A DNA stretch of 63,237 nt, filler included, from Conidiobolus incongruus B7586 (GCA_000697335.1; 42 parts of 42 records of this genome joined end to end with filler, not necessarily neighbours in it); one strand, 5' to 3'; shown: positions 40,309 through 54,754, counted from the first letter of the whole stretch. Notes: generated from the sequence alone by a model not told the origin. Program-made: numbers and translations.

Positions 40309-41741
40309 TATTAAATAAACTAATATTATTAATTTATAATTATATATATTTGATCTAATTATATTAACTTTTAGTTGATATATTAAAATATAAATTTTGC
40401 CTAAGATAAGTTATAAATTTATGTATTTTAGTTATAGAAAGAAAATTAAAACTTAATATATCTACTTTTTGTTTTCTTAACTTCCTTAAGTTTATAGGGT
40501 ATGAAATCAGCTAACTTCTTATATTATGAAAGATTAATTTTGTTTTAAGCTTCTTAAATATATTCTTAAAGCTTATTTAAATTTTTTGCTAGTGCAAAAG
40601 CTTTAATTATTTTTTTTAAATGATCCCAAAAGTGTTTAATTAGATTAAAATTAAGGGATTAAAGAAGCTACTTCATAACTATTATTTTATTATTTTTAAA
40701 CTATTTAGTAATAGAAATAATAATATAAAAAAAGATATTATCTTGTTAGTAAATAATATCTGATTTATTTAACCTATACTATTTAATAGTTTTTTTTAAT
40801 TCATTATTTAGAATATTTTAGTATATCTTAGTATTAATTCTCCTATCAACTTTATAAAGATGCCCTATACTAGAAGTTAACATATATCCTTAAACTATAA
40901 TTAACCTATCATTATATTTTTAGGTTAAAATAATATAATGGTTACAAAGTAGTTCTTTGTTTTTTCTGAAACATCTAGCTTTTCTATTAAATCTACTAAG
41001 ATATATTTTTGTTTTATTAGATTAAATAACCTTATTCTAATTAGTTTCAGTTTAACTTTAATAGTGATATTTAAACTCCCATCTAATTTTATAGTATGGT
41101 TTTTTAATTGGGGGTATTTTTTCTTGAGGTGCAAGCAATTTCTATTATAATATAAAGCTTGTATAATAATATTAGTACTAATTAATATTCCCTAATAATC
41201 TTGTAATTCTTTCTATATTTCTATAGCAATATTATATTTACCTGTATTAATTAGCCTATAAATATATTTTTTATTATATTTATCTATATTCTTAATATAC
41301 TTAAGTTTAGGTTTAGTTATATCCTTATTATAATTTCTAATAATTTTAACTATAGTAAACTAGTTAACACTAATAATTACAGCAATCTTACAAGTTAATT
41401 TATCTTTACTATAGAGTTGATTAATATATAAATAAATCTTTTTAAAGAGGGATTTAGGTGTTATAATATTAAAATTATTTAAAATAATAATTTACAATAA
41501 TAATATTAGTATATATATATATATATAATTTGATAAAAGAAAAAAAGATTTAAGTAATTTTTATTTTATATACCCCTTTAACTCTTAAACCTGTAAATTT
41601 ATGACTTACCCTATTTAAAATTTAAAATTTAATATATTAACCAATAATATATTAAATATAATTAAATATAATCTATTATAATCAGGTAATATATTTTAAT
41701 TATATACTTTAATTTAAATTAATTTAGTTAAGAATTGTTTA
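40309..41741 (-). mobile_element. Degenerate Tc1 (DD34E), near full length
   Basis: MK*LL*SLNFNLIKHFWDH; both inner direct repeats present. Confidence 0.93.
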
Positions 41742-41929
41742 NNNNNNNNNNNNNNNNNNNNNNNNNNNNNNNNNNNNNNNNNNNNTTAATTAATTAANNN
41801 NNNNNNNNNNNNNNNNNNNNNNNNNNNNNNNNNNNNNNNNNGAAATTTTCTATTATTAAAAATATAAAAGAATTTTATAGATAAATTTAATAATATCTTT
41901 AAATTTATAAATAGATTAAATTTTAAATA

Positions 41930-43015
41930 TATTAAACTATAAAAATGAGTTATAAAGTTAAAAATACTTATATTCTTACTAATAACTTAATTATTATTTA
42001 ATGAAATAAACCTAAATTAAATAATTAAAATCTATTATATTAATTAATATATATATTATTAAATGATGATATTTAGCTATTAATTAGTTAAAATATAAAT
42101 TATTAAATTTTATCTAAAGTGAATCATAAATTTGTAGGTTTTTAATGATAAAAAAATTAAAACTTAATATATCTACCTTTAGCTTTTCTAACTTCTTTAA
42201 GTTTATAGGGTATAAAATCAATTAATTTTTTATACTAAAACAAGTTATCTTGTTTTATACTTCTTTAATATACTCCTAAAGCTAATCTAAATTTTTTGCT
42301 AGAGGAAAACTTTAAAAGCTTTCTTTAATTAATCCTAAAGATTTTTAATTATATTAAGGTTAGAAGATTGAAGAGGCTACTTTATAACTATTATCTTGTT
42401 ATTTTTAAGCTATTTGGTAATAAAAACATAGTATAACAAGAGGTATTATTTTACTAGAAAATAATATTAGATTTGTTTAACTTATATTATATAATAGTTT
42501 TTTTTATTTATTATTTAAAATAGTTTAGTATATATCAATATTAATTCCTTTATTAACTTTATAAAGTTATTTTACACTTAAAAGTAATATATATTCTTAA
42601 ATAATAATTAACCTACCATTGTATTTTTGGGTAGAATTAACATAATAGTCATAAAGTAGTTTTATATTTTTTTTGAAATATCTAACTTTTATATTAAATC
42701 CTTTAAAGTATATTTTTGTTTTATCAAATTAAATAACCTTATTTTAATTAATTTAATTTAATATTAGTGATGATATTTAAACTCTTACCTAGCTTTATAA
42801 TAAGATTTCTTTAGTTAAAGGTGTTTTTTCTTAAAATTTAAATAATATTTATGTTAATATATAGCATATATAATAGTATTAGTGCTAATTAATATTCTTA
42901 TATAATTTTATAGTTTTTGTTATATTTTTATAATAATATTATATTTATATATATTATTTAACCTATAGATATACTTCTTATTATATTTATCTATAATTTT
43001 AAAATATTTAAGTTT
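41930..43015 (-). mobile_element. Degenerate Tc1 3' two-thirds with right IR/DR
   Basis: Terminus TATTAAACTATAAAAATGAGTTATAAA; K*PLQSSNLN remnant. Confidence 0.92.
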
Positions 43016-43115
43016 NNNNNNNNNNNNNNNNNNNNNNNNNNNNNNNNNNNNNNNNNNNNTTAATTAATTAANNNNNNNNNNNNNNNNNNNNNNNNNNNNN
43101 NNNNNNNNNNNNNNN

Positions 43116-44307
43116 ATATATTCAATTTTAATTTTTTTTATTAAAATTTTTTGATTTTAAAATTTATACTTAAATTTAATTATATTTAAACTAGATTATA
43201 ATTATCAATAGGCTTTCATTTTTGTATCTTTAAAACTTAAATATAAATCCTTTAAAATCATTAAAAACTTATAAAATACTTATAAAGATAGTGTTTTATT
43301 TAAAGCTACCATATATTGCTGGATTTGTGATTTTAAAGCTAGAAGGGACATTATTTAAAATTTACTAAAATTTAAAAAACTAATTTCTATTGTTATTTTT
43401 TTATTTATTAATAGAGTAAAAAAAATTATTAAAAAATATCTATTTATTTCTTCTAGAGAATTATTAAAGTAATTAAATATTAATTATACAAGCATGTTAT
43501 ATTTACTTAAGTTTAAACTTAGATTAATTAATGAAAATGTAAAATAGATACCTTATAATTTAATAGAAGCTTAAAAAAAATTAAAGTCATTATAGCTAAA
43601 CTAAACTTATTAAGGTATAACCAAAAACAAAGGTTTTCACAATAAATATTTATAATTAATAAATCTCAAATTCTTTGATATAATCTTTTGCTTAAAAATA
43701 AAACAAGATGTTAGGTTAAATTAAATTAATCCCCTCTATAAATTCTAATAAATAAATATTTTAAATATAAGTAAATATTAATTGTTGTGATAAATTATAA
43801 TGATATATAGTTTTTTATTTAATATCTTAAGGAAAATCAATTAATAATAAGTTATATATTACTTTTTTAAATAAAACAATTTCTAAATAATATTCTCAAT
43901 ATAAATTAAAAACACCTATTATTTTATATAATAATTATAAAATATATAAAATTAAAACTCTGAAAGATTTTTATATAAAAAAAATTAAAGGGAGTTACCA
44001 TATCTAATATATTCACTTGATTAAAACCTATATGATTATAATTATTTTAAATAATTAAAAAAACAGCTTATAAGAAAAAAAATTCTTATAAACAAATTAA
44101 ATTAGTTTGTGAAATATCAAATTTTGGTCTTTAATAAAAAAAATTATTTTTTAGATATTAGAAGCTTATTAAGAATATAGAAAAAAGTTATTAATAGTAA
44201 AAAAAGCTATTAATTTTATATTATTCATTAATTTTCATATATTATTTATTAATATATTTGTTTAATTTCAATTTTAAAATTATACAATTATTTAATTTCT
44301 ATACTAA
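43116..44307 (+). mobile_element. Degenerate mariner, divergent subfamily
   Basis: Colinear but with many transversions; ATIYCWICDFKARR; *IPYNL; end approximate. Confidence 0.87.
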
Positions 44308-44669
44308 TATTAATTAAAGTTCTAAATTAAGCTAAATTAATATTTTTTATAAATCCTTATAAAGAAATATTTTATTAATTATTATGTATATTAATATATT
44401 AGATAATTATTATATATAATATATTTATTTAAAATGTAATATTAAATACATTAATAATATATTTTTGATTAATATTATAGATAAAGTTATATCTAATTAA
44501 AATTTTTGATATAATTTTCAAACAACCAAATAATTAATTTAATAATTNNNNNNNNNNNNNNNNNNNNNNNNNNNNNNNNNNNNNNNNNNNNTTAATTAAT
44601 TAANNNNNNNNNNNNNNNNNNNNNNNNNNNNNNNNNNNNNNNNNNNNAATTTAATAAAATAAATATATA

Positions 44670-45962
44670 CACTGGTTTGTAAAAGTAATTTAAAAAATAA
44701 TATTTATATATATTATTATCAATAACTCTGTTAATTCTTAATCAAATTCATTTAAATTAAAACATATAATAAACTTATAAATTTACTTATAATTAAGTAT
44801 ATTTGATCTAATTATATTAACTTTTAGTTGATATATTAAAGTTTAAATTTTACCTAAGATAAGTTATAAATTTGCAAGTTTTGGTTATAGAAAGAAAATT
44901 AACACTTAATATATTTATTTTTTGCTTTCTTAACTTCCTTAAGTTTATAGGGTATAAAGTCAATTAACTTCTTATATTAAAAAAGATTAATTTTGTTTTA
45001 AGCTTCTTAAATATATTTTTAAAGCTTATTTAAATTTTTTGCTGGTGGGAAAGCTTTAACTGCTTTTTTTAACTAATCCCAAAGGTGTTTAATTAGATTA
45101 AAGTTAAAAAATTAAAGAAGCTACTTCATAACTGTTATTTTATTATTTTTAAACTATTTGGTAATAGAAATAATAATATAGCAAAAGGTATTATCTTGTT
45201 GGAAAATAACATTTAATTTATTTAATCTATATTATTCAATAGTTTTTTTTAATTAATTGTTTAGAATATTTTAATATATCTCAATACTAATTCCCTTATC
45301 AACTTTATAAAAATACCTTATACCAAAAGATAACATACATCCTTAAACTATAATTAAACTATTATTATATTTTTGGGTTGAAATAACATAATGGTTATAA
45401 AGTAATTTTTTGTTTTTTCTGAAATATCTAGCATTTTTATTAAATCTACTAAAGTATATTTTTGTTTTATTAAATTAAATAACCTTACTCTAATTAGTTT
45501 CAGTTCAACTTAAGTAATGACATTTAAACTCCTATCTAACTTTATAGTGAGATTTCTTTAGTTAGGGGTGTTTTTTTAAAGTGTAAGTGGTATTTATTAC
45601 AATATAAAGTATGTATAATAGTATCAATACTAACTAATATTCTTATATAATCTTGTAATTCTTTTTTTACTTCTATAACAATATTATATTTACCTATATT
45701 AACTAACCTATAAATATACCTTTCATCATGTTTATCTATAATCCTAGCATGTTTAAGTTTAGGTTTAGATATATCCTTACTATAATTATTAACAGCTATA
45801 GCTATAGTAGACTAGCTAGCACTAGTAATTCTAATAATCTTATAAGTTGATTTATCTTCACTATAAAATTGATTAATACATAAATGAATTTTTTTAGAGA
45901 GGGATTTAAGCATTTTAATACTAATATATTTAAAATAATAATTTACAATAATAATATTATAT
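44670..45962 (-). mobile_element. Degenerate Tc1 (DD34E); transposase remnant 44899-45913
   Basis: TA|CACTGGTTTGTAAAAG terminus; VIFQQDN...IKHLWD with exactly 34 codons between D and the E position. Confidence 0.95.
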
Positions 45963-47089
45963 NNNNNNNNNNNNNNNNNNNNNNNNNNNNNNNNNNNNNN
46001 NNNNNNTTAATTAATTAANNNNNNNNNNNNNNNNNNNNNNNNNNNNNNNNNNNNNNNNNNNNTAAAAATAAATAATATCAATATTGGCAAATTTAAAATC
46101 TAATATATATATTGGCTTAATTATTAATAAAACTTGAATAAACTTTATTAATTGATATATTAAGCTTTTCTCTATATTAAATTGATTTTATTATTATTAT
46201 TATATTTTAAAATAATTACTATATATATATTACCTATTTATAAAATAACTCCTTTGAATAAATATATATAGTTTATAAAATATTAGATCTCAATCCTTAA
46301 TAAAAACCTATATTTTAATGATTAGAGATTTATCAAAAAAATATATATAAATGATAAATCATAAAGGAAGATACTGATTCTATATTATTAATTTTTTATA
46401 TATCTTATATTAAAGAGAATATATAACTCTTAATTCAAAATTTTGCTATCGTTTAATTTCTGTTTTTAAAATATATTTTGAAGATTAATTAAAATTTGAT
46501 TTTGAAATTACTTAGTAATTATTTATAAATATTATCTTTTAAATTAATTCAAATATCATAATATAAAAATTTAACTATTGTTAGTTAACTAAGTAGGTAT
46601 TAAAATAAAATTTACTTTCTTATTTAAAAATATACTATACTATTGTTTTATAGTAGTAAAGATATATTATTAGAAAAAATGTTATTTTATAGATTTTAAT
46701 TAAATAACAATAATTTATTCTATTTTATATATTAAATTGTTTTCCTGAAAAAAACCAATTTTACTCTATATAAGGTTATATTTAATTATATAACTATTAT
46801 TGATATTATAGTAAATATAATAATATATATAAAGATATCATATCTTATGATGATTTAAGCATTTTTAAAAAAAATATTTTAAAATATATTTAATATTTAT
46901 TAGTTATTTAATGGATAATTAACCGAATTTGATATTTTTTTAAAATAATCAAAAATTTTTTTAATTTGTTAAATATCATTATAAAAATTAAAAATCGCAT
47001 GTTTTTAACTACTGGACTTTCAAATATATTATAAGTTTTGTAAAATGATTTATATATAATATATATAAGAAAATAAATATTTTCAAACT

Positions 47090-47397
47090 ATATACTCAAT
47101 AATAATTTCCTATATTAAAGTATTTTAAATTTGAAATTTATAATTAAATTTAACTATACTTAAATTTAATACTGATTATCAAAAGGTTTTTATTTTTATA
47201 TCTTTAAAACTTAATTATAAACCCAATAAAATCATTTAAAATTTATAAACAGCTTATAAAAATAATATCTTTTATTTAAAACTATTATAAATTAATAAAT
47301 TTGTAACTTTAAAATTTAGAGGGATATTTTTTAAAATTTACCAAAATTTAAAAAATTAATTTTTATTAATATTTTTTTATTTACTAATAAAGTAAAA
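47090..47397 (+). mobile_element. Mariner 5' fragment, same divergent subfamily as 43116-44307
   Basis: Shares ATCTTTAAAACTTAA and TTTGT(G/A)A(T/C)TTTAAA variants; start approximate. Confidence 0.75.
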
Positions 47398-47926
47398 NNN
47401 NNNNNNNNNNNNNNNNNNNNNNNNNNNNNNNNNNNNNNNNNTTAATTAATTAANNNNNNNNNNNNNNNNNNNNNNNNNNNNNNNNNNNNNNNNNNNNTTT
47501 TGATATATTTTTTTCTTTTATATTTATAGAATAAAATAATAATCTATTATTAAAAGTTTTAAATACAGTCAAATAGTAGTATATTAAAATTTCTTATTAT
47601 GGAATTTAATATGAATTTTATATAAATAGTTCTATATCTAAATATCATTTTTATATAATTAGCTAATTAATTAATTTAATTAAAATATTAGTTTAGGTTA
47701 ATTATATTGGAAATGTTATTTTTATGAACTAAAATAACAATATTATTAAATTATAGCTTTCTGAGATTTATTATATATTTTTAAACTTTAAAACCTTAAC
47801 TACAATATAAAATTATGGCTAATAGCTGTTAATAGACTTAAATAATATAGTATATTTTAAATAACACAAGTAATTATAAACTGATATATTTTTATTATCG
47901 AGTTTAATATGATTAATTTCTTACCC

Positions 47927-48271
47927 TTATATATCATAACAAGTTAAATTATATGTCTTGATCATTTTTTCCTTGAAAAGAGTTAATTGGTTAGAATCAT
48001 TACAAGTGTAGTCATAAAATACCACATCAGGAATAGGGGGTGATTGCCTGTAAATACACCCAGAGTTGGTTTTTTGTTTGTCAAGAACTCTATCCAACAA
48101 GTAACGACATCCCTTCTGGTTAATATTGCAATAAGACAAGTATTTATAACCAACAAAATCATGGGGAGTGAATTGCATAATATCCTAGAAACTTGGACAT
48201 TACTTACTATATTTAGTTTGGGCAAAGATAATAAAAGTACTAAATAAACTCAAAACCAATAATTTTATCAT
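47927..48271 (-). pseudogene. Small secreted cysteine-rich protein gene (114 codons) with two in-frame TAA/TAG codons
   Basis: The supplied 83-aa ORF extends upstream in frame to MIKLLVLSLFSTFIIFAQTKYSK*CPSF*DI: signal-peptide-like start, 6 Cys in total, locally higher GC. Confidence 0.65.
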
Positions 48272-48612
48272 TTTGAAATTTAGAAACTTTTATTAATATT
48301 AATTAATAAATTCAGATAAAAGAAGTTTATTTATATATTTACATAATATATTCAGGACATAACTAAGAAAAACTCTGATTTTTAATTTCAATATTATATT
48401 TTATATTTTAATTTAATAAAAATTATTTTTATCATAATAGTGGAAAAAATGAATATTTTTGCTTATCTTTCTTATTCTTATGATAATTAGTAAAGATTTA
48501 AAAATTGATTAAGAAATTGATTTTAAAGTTAATTTACTAAATATGAAGTAATTTGGATTTTTTATTAGTATAATAATTATTTCAAAAAATGTTGAAAAAT
48601 AATAATTTTGAA

Positions 48613-48616
<4 letters not shown>

Positions 48617-48644
<28 letters not shown>
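48617..48644. repeat. (TA)n microsatellite at contig end
   Basis: About 14 TA units running into the spacer. Confidence 0.95.
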
Positions 48645-48744
48645 NNNNNNNNNNNNNNNNNNNNNNNNNNNNNNNNNNNNNNNNNNNNTTAATTAATTAA
48701 NNNNNNNNNNNNNNNNNNNNNNNNNNNNNNNNNNNNNNNNNNNN

Positions 48745-49874
48745 ATTAACTTTTTAAAATTAGTTGTTTAATTTAATCTTATTTAAACCAAATAGTGAAG
48801 ATCAAAAATCTTTTATTTTAATATTAATAAAGCTTAACTATAAGTTCTCTAAAATTATTTAAAGCTTAAAAGCAATTTTTGATAATAAAATATTATCTAA
48901 ATCCACAATTTATTGCTAGGTAAATTATTTTAAAGTTAAAAGACAAATTATTTAAAATTTGTTAAAATTTAGAAAACTAACTTCAACTATCATTTTTTTT
49001 AATTATTAATAAAATAAAAAAATTTATTAAAAAGAATCTTTTTATTTCAGTTAAAAAATTATCTAAGCACTTTAATATTAGTCTGACAAGTAATTTATAT
49101 ATATTAAAGTTTAAGCTCAAATTAATAAAAAAATATAAAATAGGTATCTTATAATTAACTAAAGCTTAGAAAATAGTTATAGTAGTTATTGCTAAAAAAA
49201 CTTATTAAAATATTACTAATAGCTTAAACTTTTATAATAAATCATTATAATTGGTAAAACTTATATCTTTATATATAATATTTTAATAAAAGATAAATTA
49301 AGATATTAGATTAAATTAAATCAACCCCCTCTACAAATCCTTTTAAATAAATATTTTGTTAATATATAAATATTATTATGATAATAGATTATCATGGTAT
49401 ATACTACTCTTACTTAGTTCTAAAGGAAAATCAATTAAATATAAACTCTATATTACTTTTTTAAATAAAAATATTTCTAATTGGTGTTCTCAAAATAATT
49501 TTTAAAAGACTTATTATTTTGTATGATAATTACAAAATATATAAATTTAAAGGGATAAAACTTTTCTAATTAAAAATAACTGGAAAAAACTACCATATCT
49601 AGTATATTCTTTAAATTATAACCTATATGATTATAATTACTTTAGGTAATTAAAAAACCAGCTTATAGGAAAGAAAATTTCTGCAAAATAATTTAATTAG
49701 TTTATGAAATATTAAATTTTAGTTTTTAATAAAAAGAACTGTTTTTTAGATATTAGATCTTTATTAATAATATAGCAAATAATTATTAATAATAAAGGAA
49801 ACTATTAAATTTATATTATATTTTTATTTTTTTATATTATATATTAAAATATTTATTTATTTTTTATTGCAAAA
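48745..49874 (+). mobile_element. Degenerate mariner (DD34D)
   Basis: IILYDNYKI; NWKKLPYL; colinear with the family. Confidence 0.92.
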
Positions 49875-49974
49875 NNNNNNNNNNNNNNNNNNNNNNNNNN
49901 NNNNNNNNNNNNNNNNNNTTAATTAATTAANNNNNNNNNNNNNNNNNNNNNNNNNNNNNNNNNNNNNNNNNNNN

Positions 49975-51036
49975 AATATTTTAAAATTATAGATAAGAAA
50001 AATAAAAAATATATTTATAAATTAGTTAATATAAGTAAATATAATGTTATTATAAAGATACAGCAAGAATTATAAGATTATATAAAATTATCATTTAATA
50101 TTAGTATTATTATATATATTTTATATTGAAATAGATATTATTTATATCTTAAGAAAAAACACCCCTAACTAAAAAAGTCTTATTATAAATCTAGATCGGA
50201 GTTTAAATATTAATATTAAAATTAAACCAAAACTAACTAGAGTAAAGTTATTTAATTTAATAAAACAAAGATATGTTTTGATATATTTAATAGACAAGTT
50301 AAATATTTCACAAAAGATCAAAAACCACTTTATAACCATTATAATATTATAACCAAAAATATAATAATAAGTTAATTATAGTTTAGGGGTATATTCTATC
50401 TTTAGGTATAGGGTATTTTTATAGAGTTAATAGGGGAATTAATACTGAAATATATTAAAATATTCTAAATAATAAATTGAAAAAAAACATTAAATGATAT
50501 AGGTTAAATAAATCAAATATTATTTTCTAACAAGATAATACCCCTTGCTATATTATAAATTCTATTATTAAATAGCTTAATAATAAAATAACTATTATAA
50601 AATAACCTCCTTAATTTCTTAATTTTAATTTAATTGAATATCTTTAGGATTAACTAAAAAAATCAATCAAAGCTTTTCCCTTAGCAAATAATTTAGATTA
50701 ACTTTAGGAGTATATTCAAGAAGCTTAGAATAAAATTAATTTTACTTAATATAAGAAGCTAATTGACTCTATACCTTATAATTTTAAAGAAGTTAGAAAA
50801 GCAAAAGATAGATATACTAGATATTAATTTATCTATCAATATTAAAACTTATAAATTTATAACTTATTTTAGGTATATTTTTATATTTAATATATTAATT
50901 AATAATAAATTAAATTTAACTTTATATATTATATTATAAATAAAACATATATATTAATTACATAGTTTAATATAAGTTTATTTAAATTAGAATTAATCAA
51001 GATATTAATAGAAATATATATATTTTTAATTTTATC
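49975..51036 (+). mobile_element. Degenerate Tc1 (DD34E)
   Basis: F*QDNTPCY; LIEYL*D; most of the right IR. Confidence 0.93.
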
Positions 51037-51136
51037 NNNNNNNNNNNNNNNNNNNNNNNNNNNNNNNNNNNNNNNNNNNNTTAATTAATTAANNNNNNNN
51101 NNNNNNNNNNNNNNNNNNNNNNNNNNNNNNNNNNNN

Positions 51137-52288
51137 AAATAATTTAATTTATAAAATCATTAGTTTATTAAAACCTTTATAGATTAAATTAGAATTTATT
51201 AACTAATAATGAAAAAAGTAAATTTAAAGTTAAATTAACAATATTTAGGATTATTTTATAATTAATATATTAAAAATATTTTAGATTAAAATAATATTAT
51301 TTCCTCAAATGGAATTTATTAACTTTATAATTAACTTAAGTTTTTTAATAATAATAATATAGTTATTTACCTTTAAATAAGTTTTGATTTTTTTACTAAA
51401 GGTTTTTTTATTAAGTTTTAAAATAAAAATATTTATTATTTGAGATTTAAGTAAATTAAAATAAGTTTTCAAAGCTAAATTTTTTAAATAATAAAGTTGA
51501 ATTATAAAAATAAAGATTTTATTAATTATAATTATTATATCACAAATATCTAAAAAACATATTATTAAAATATTCCTTATTAACTAATTAAAATTTTAAT
51601 CAAAAAGTTAAATTTTATAATAACTTATAAATTTATTCTTCTTTAGTAATATTTAATATATTTAAATATATCTTATTAAATTTCTTAATAAGTTATTTTA
51701 TAAAAGTTTTTTATTTAAATAAAGCAAGTTTTTTTAATGAATTGAATTTAATTTTTTAAATAATTTTTTTAAAAGCTTCTTTAACTATTTGAAAGTTTAG
51801 ATTTATATAATAAATTATCATCCTAAAGATTGTTTGGGTTAAGTTTATAATAAGTTAAATATTAAGTATAAGTAGATTTTGCTAAAAAAATAGCTAATTT
51901 AAAGATATTTTTTGAATTTTTATTAAAAATAAATTAAATTAAATTGTTATTTTTTTTAAATTATATTTTAAGCTTATAAAGGTTTTTAAAGCTATATAAA
52001 TAATTTATAAATCTTTAAAAATATTAAAAAAAGGATTCAATATGTTTACTATGGTAAAATTATTTATTTGTAAAATTTAAGCTTTTTATGTTATATTTTT
52101 CTTAACCAAAAGTTATCTAATATAGATTTTTTAAAGAGCAACAAGTTTTTAAATATTAAAATCTTAAATTCACTTATTATTCAATTTATTTATTAAAATA
52201 AAATAAAGGTATTTTTTTAATAATATTATAATATATAATATTTAATCTTAATAAAATATTTAAAATATAAAAATTAAAATAAAAATAA
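51137..52288 (-). mobile_element. LTR retrotransposon gag fragment
   Basis: Colinear with ~3430-4570. Confidence 0.7.
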
Positions 52289-52388
52289 NNNNNNNNNNNN
52301 NNNNNNNNNNNNNNNNNNNNNNNNNNNNNNNNTTAATTAATTAANNNNNNNNNNNNNNNNNNNNNNNNNNNNNNNNNNNNNNNNNNNN

Positions 52389-53528
52389 TATAACTAAAAT
52401 AACAAAAGTTATTTAAAATACTAACAAATATATTTATAAAGTAACTAGTTAAAAGAAATAATAAAATAATAATTAAAGGTAAAAAATTATAAGATAAGTT
52501 AGTTATTAGAATATTTTTAGTTTTTAATAGTTTAATGAGTTAAATCTCTCAAATATATATAGTTTAATCTGTAAGATCATTAGTTTATTAAAAATTTTAT
52601 AGATTTAATTAAAATTTATTAATTATTTGTGAAAAAAGTAATTTTAAGGTTATATTAATATTATTTTAATTTATTTTGTGGTTAGTAGACTAAAATTATT
52701 ATGAATTAAATTAATATTACTTGAATGAAAAGATATTTGTTAGTTTTATAATTAATTAAAATTTTTCAGCAATAATAATAACTTTTATTTACTTTCAAAT
52801 TAACTTTAACTTTTTTATTAAATATTTCCTTATAAAACTTTAAAACAAAAATATTTATCATTTAAGACTTAAATAGATTAAAATAAGTTTTAAAAGATTA
52901 ATTTTTTAAATAAAAAAATTTAATTATAAAATAAAAGATATTATTAATTATAATTATTATATTATAAATATCAAAAGAAATATATTATTAAAAGATTCCC
53001 TATTAATCAATTAAAACTTTATTTAAAGATTAAAATATTATAATAGCTTGTAAATTTATTTCTCTTCAGTGATATTTAATATATTTAAGTATATCTCATT
53101 AAATTTTTTAATTAATTACTTTAGAGAAGTTTTTTAATTAAGTTTAGAAATCTTTTCTTTTGTTAATTAAACTTAATTTTTGAAGTAATATTTTTTTTAA
53201 AAGTTTTTTCTAATTGTTTAAAGGTTTATGTTTTTATAATAAATTATCTTTTTAAAGATTTTTTAAGATTAAACTTATAATAAGTTAATTATAAAATATA
53301 AATAGCTTTTTTTAAAAAATATAGTTAATTTAAAGATATTTTTTAAATCTTTATTAAGAATTAAATTAAGTTAATTTTTTATATTTTTAAAATAGTTTTT
53401 AAGTCTGTAAAAGTTTTTAAAATTATTATAAATAATTAATTTATCTTTAAAAATATTAAATAAATAATTTAATATATTAACAATAGTAAAATAACTAGTT
53501 TCTTAAATTTAAACTTTTTAAGTTATGT
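52389..53528 (-). mobile_element. LTR retrotransposon gag-protease fragment
   Basis: Colinear with ~3260-4400; keeps TGC at the second knuckle Cys. Confidence 0.7.
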
Positions 53529-53679
53529 NNNNNNNNNNNNNNNNNNNNNNNNNNNNNNNNNNNNNNNNNNNNTTAATTAATTAANNNNNNNNNNNNNNNN
53601 NNNNNNNNNNNNNNNNNNNNNNNNNNNNGAAAAATTAAAAATTAAAAAATTTGCAATTTTTTAATTTTTATACTAATAT

Positions 53680-54087
53680 AACAAAAATTATTGTCTTGCT
53701 AGAAAATAATATTAAATTTATTTAATTTATATTAATTAGTGGTTTTTTTAATTTATTATTTAAAATACTATAATATATCCTAATATTAATTCTATTATTA
53801 ATATTATAAAGATATTTTATTTCTAAAAATAATATATATCTTTAAATAATAATTAACCAATTATTATATTTTTAAGTAAAGTTAATAAGATATTTATAAA
53901 ATAATTTTTTTCAAAATATCTAGTTTTTTTTAAATTTATTAAAAATTTATTATTGTTTTATTAAATTAAATAACCATACTTTAATTAGTTTTAAATTAAT
54001 ATTATTAATGATATTTAAACTTTTATTTAACTTTATAATCAGATTTCTTTAATTTGAATTATTTTTTCTTAAAATATAAGTGGTATC
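53680..54087 (-). mobile_element. Internal Tc1 fragment bracketed by two other insertions
   Basis: F*QDN remnant at the left; mariner-like terminus at 53629-53678; Tc1 terminus at 54090. Confidence 0.8.
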
Positions 54088-54089
54088 TA

Positions 54090-54654
54090 TATTAATCTAT
54101 AAAAGAAAGTTAAGATATTAAAAATAAAAATATTTTTATTAATATCTTAATTAATTCTAATTTAAATAAACTTATTTTAAACTATATAATTAATATATAT
54201 ATTTTATCTATAATATAATATATAGAGTTAAATTTAATTAATTATTAATTGATATTTTAAAATTAAAAATAAATTTAAGATAAGTTAATAATTAGTAGGT
54301 TTTAGTATTAATAGAGAAATTAATATTTGATATATATATCTTTTGCTTTTCTAACTTTTTTAAGTTTATAAGATATAGAGTTAACTAAACTCTTATATTA
54401 AATAAGATTAATATTATTCTAAGTTTCTTGAATATAGTTTTACAATTTATTTAAATTTTTTATTAGGGAGAAAGCTTTAATTGATTTTTTTAATTAATCC
54501 TAAAAATATTCAATTGGGTAAAAATTAAAAGATTATGGAGGTTATTTTATAATAGTTATTTTATTATTTTTAAGCTATTTAATCATAGAATTTATAATAT
54601 AACAAAGGGTATTATCTTATTAGAAAATAATATTTGATATTTTTAACTTAAATT
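54090..54654 (-). mobile_element. Tc1 3' end with right IR/DR
   Basis: Decayed family terminus after TA; *PP*SFNFYPIEY remnant. Confidence 0.87.
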
Positions 54655-54754
54655 NNNNNNNNNNNNNNNNNNNNNNNNNNNNNNNNNNNNNNNNNNNNTT
54701 AATTAATTAANNNNNNNNNNNNNNNNNNNNNNNNNNNNNNNNNNNNNNNNNNNN

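Noticed and set aside
40925..41134. 69-aa ORF
   Set aside because: Mostly out-of-frame reading of a frameshifted Tc1 transposase.
48185..48207. 23-nt GTAAGT...TTCTAG mini-intron removing both stops
   Set aside because: Splicing shifts the frame and hits TGA after about 8 codons, losing the Cys-rich domain; not formally excluded without RNA data.
47983..48247. 80-aa minus and 67-aa plus ORFs
   Set aside because: Shadow frames of the Cys-rich frame, which has the ATG and signal-like leader.
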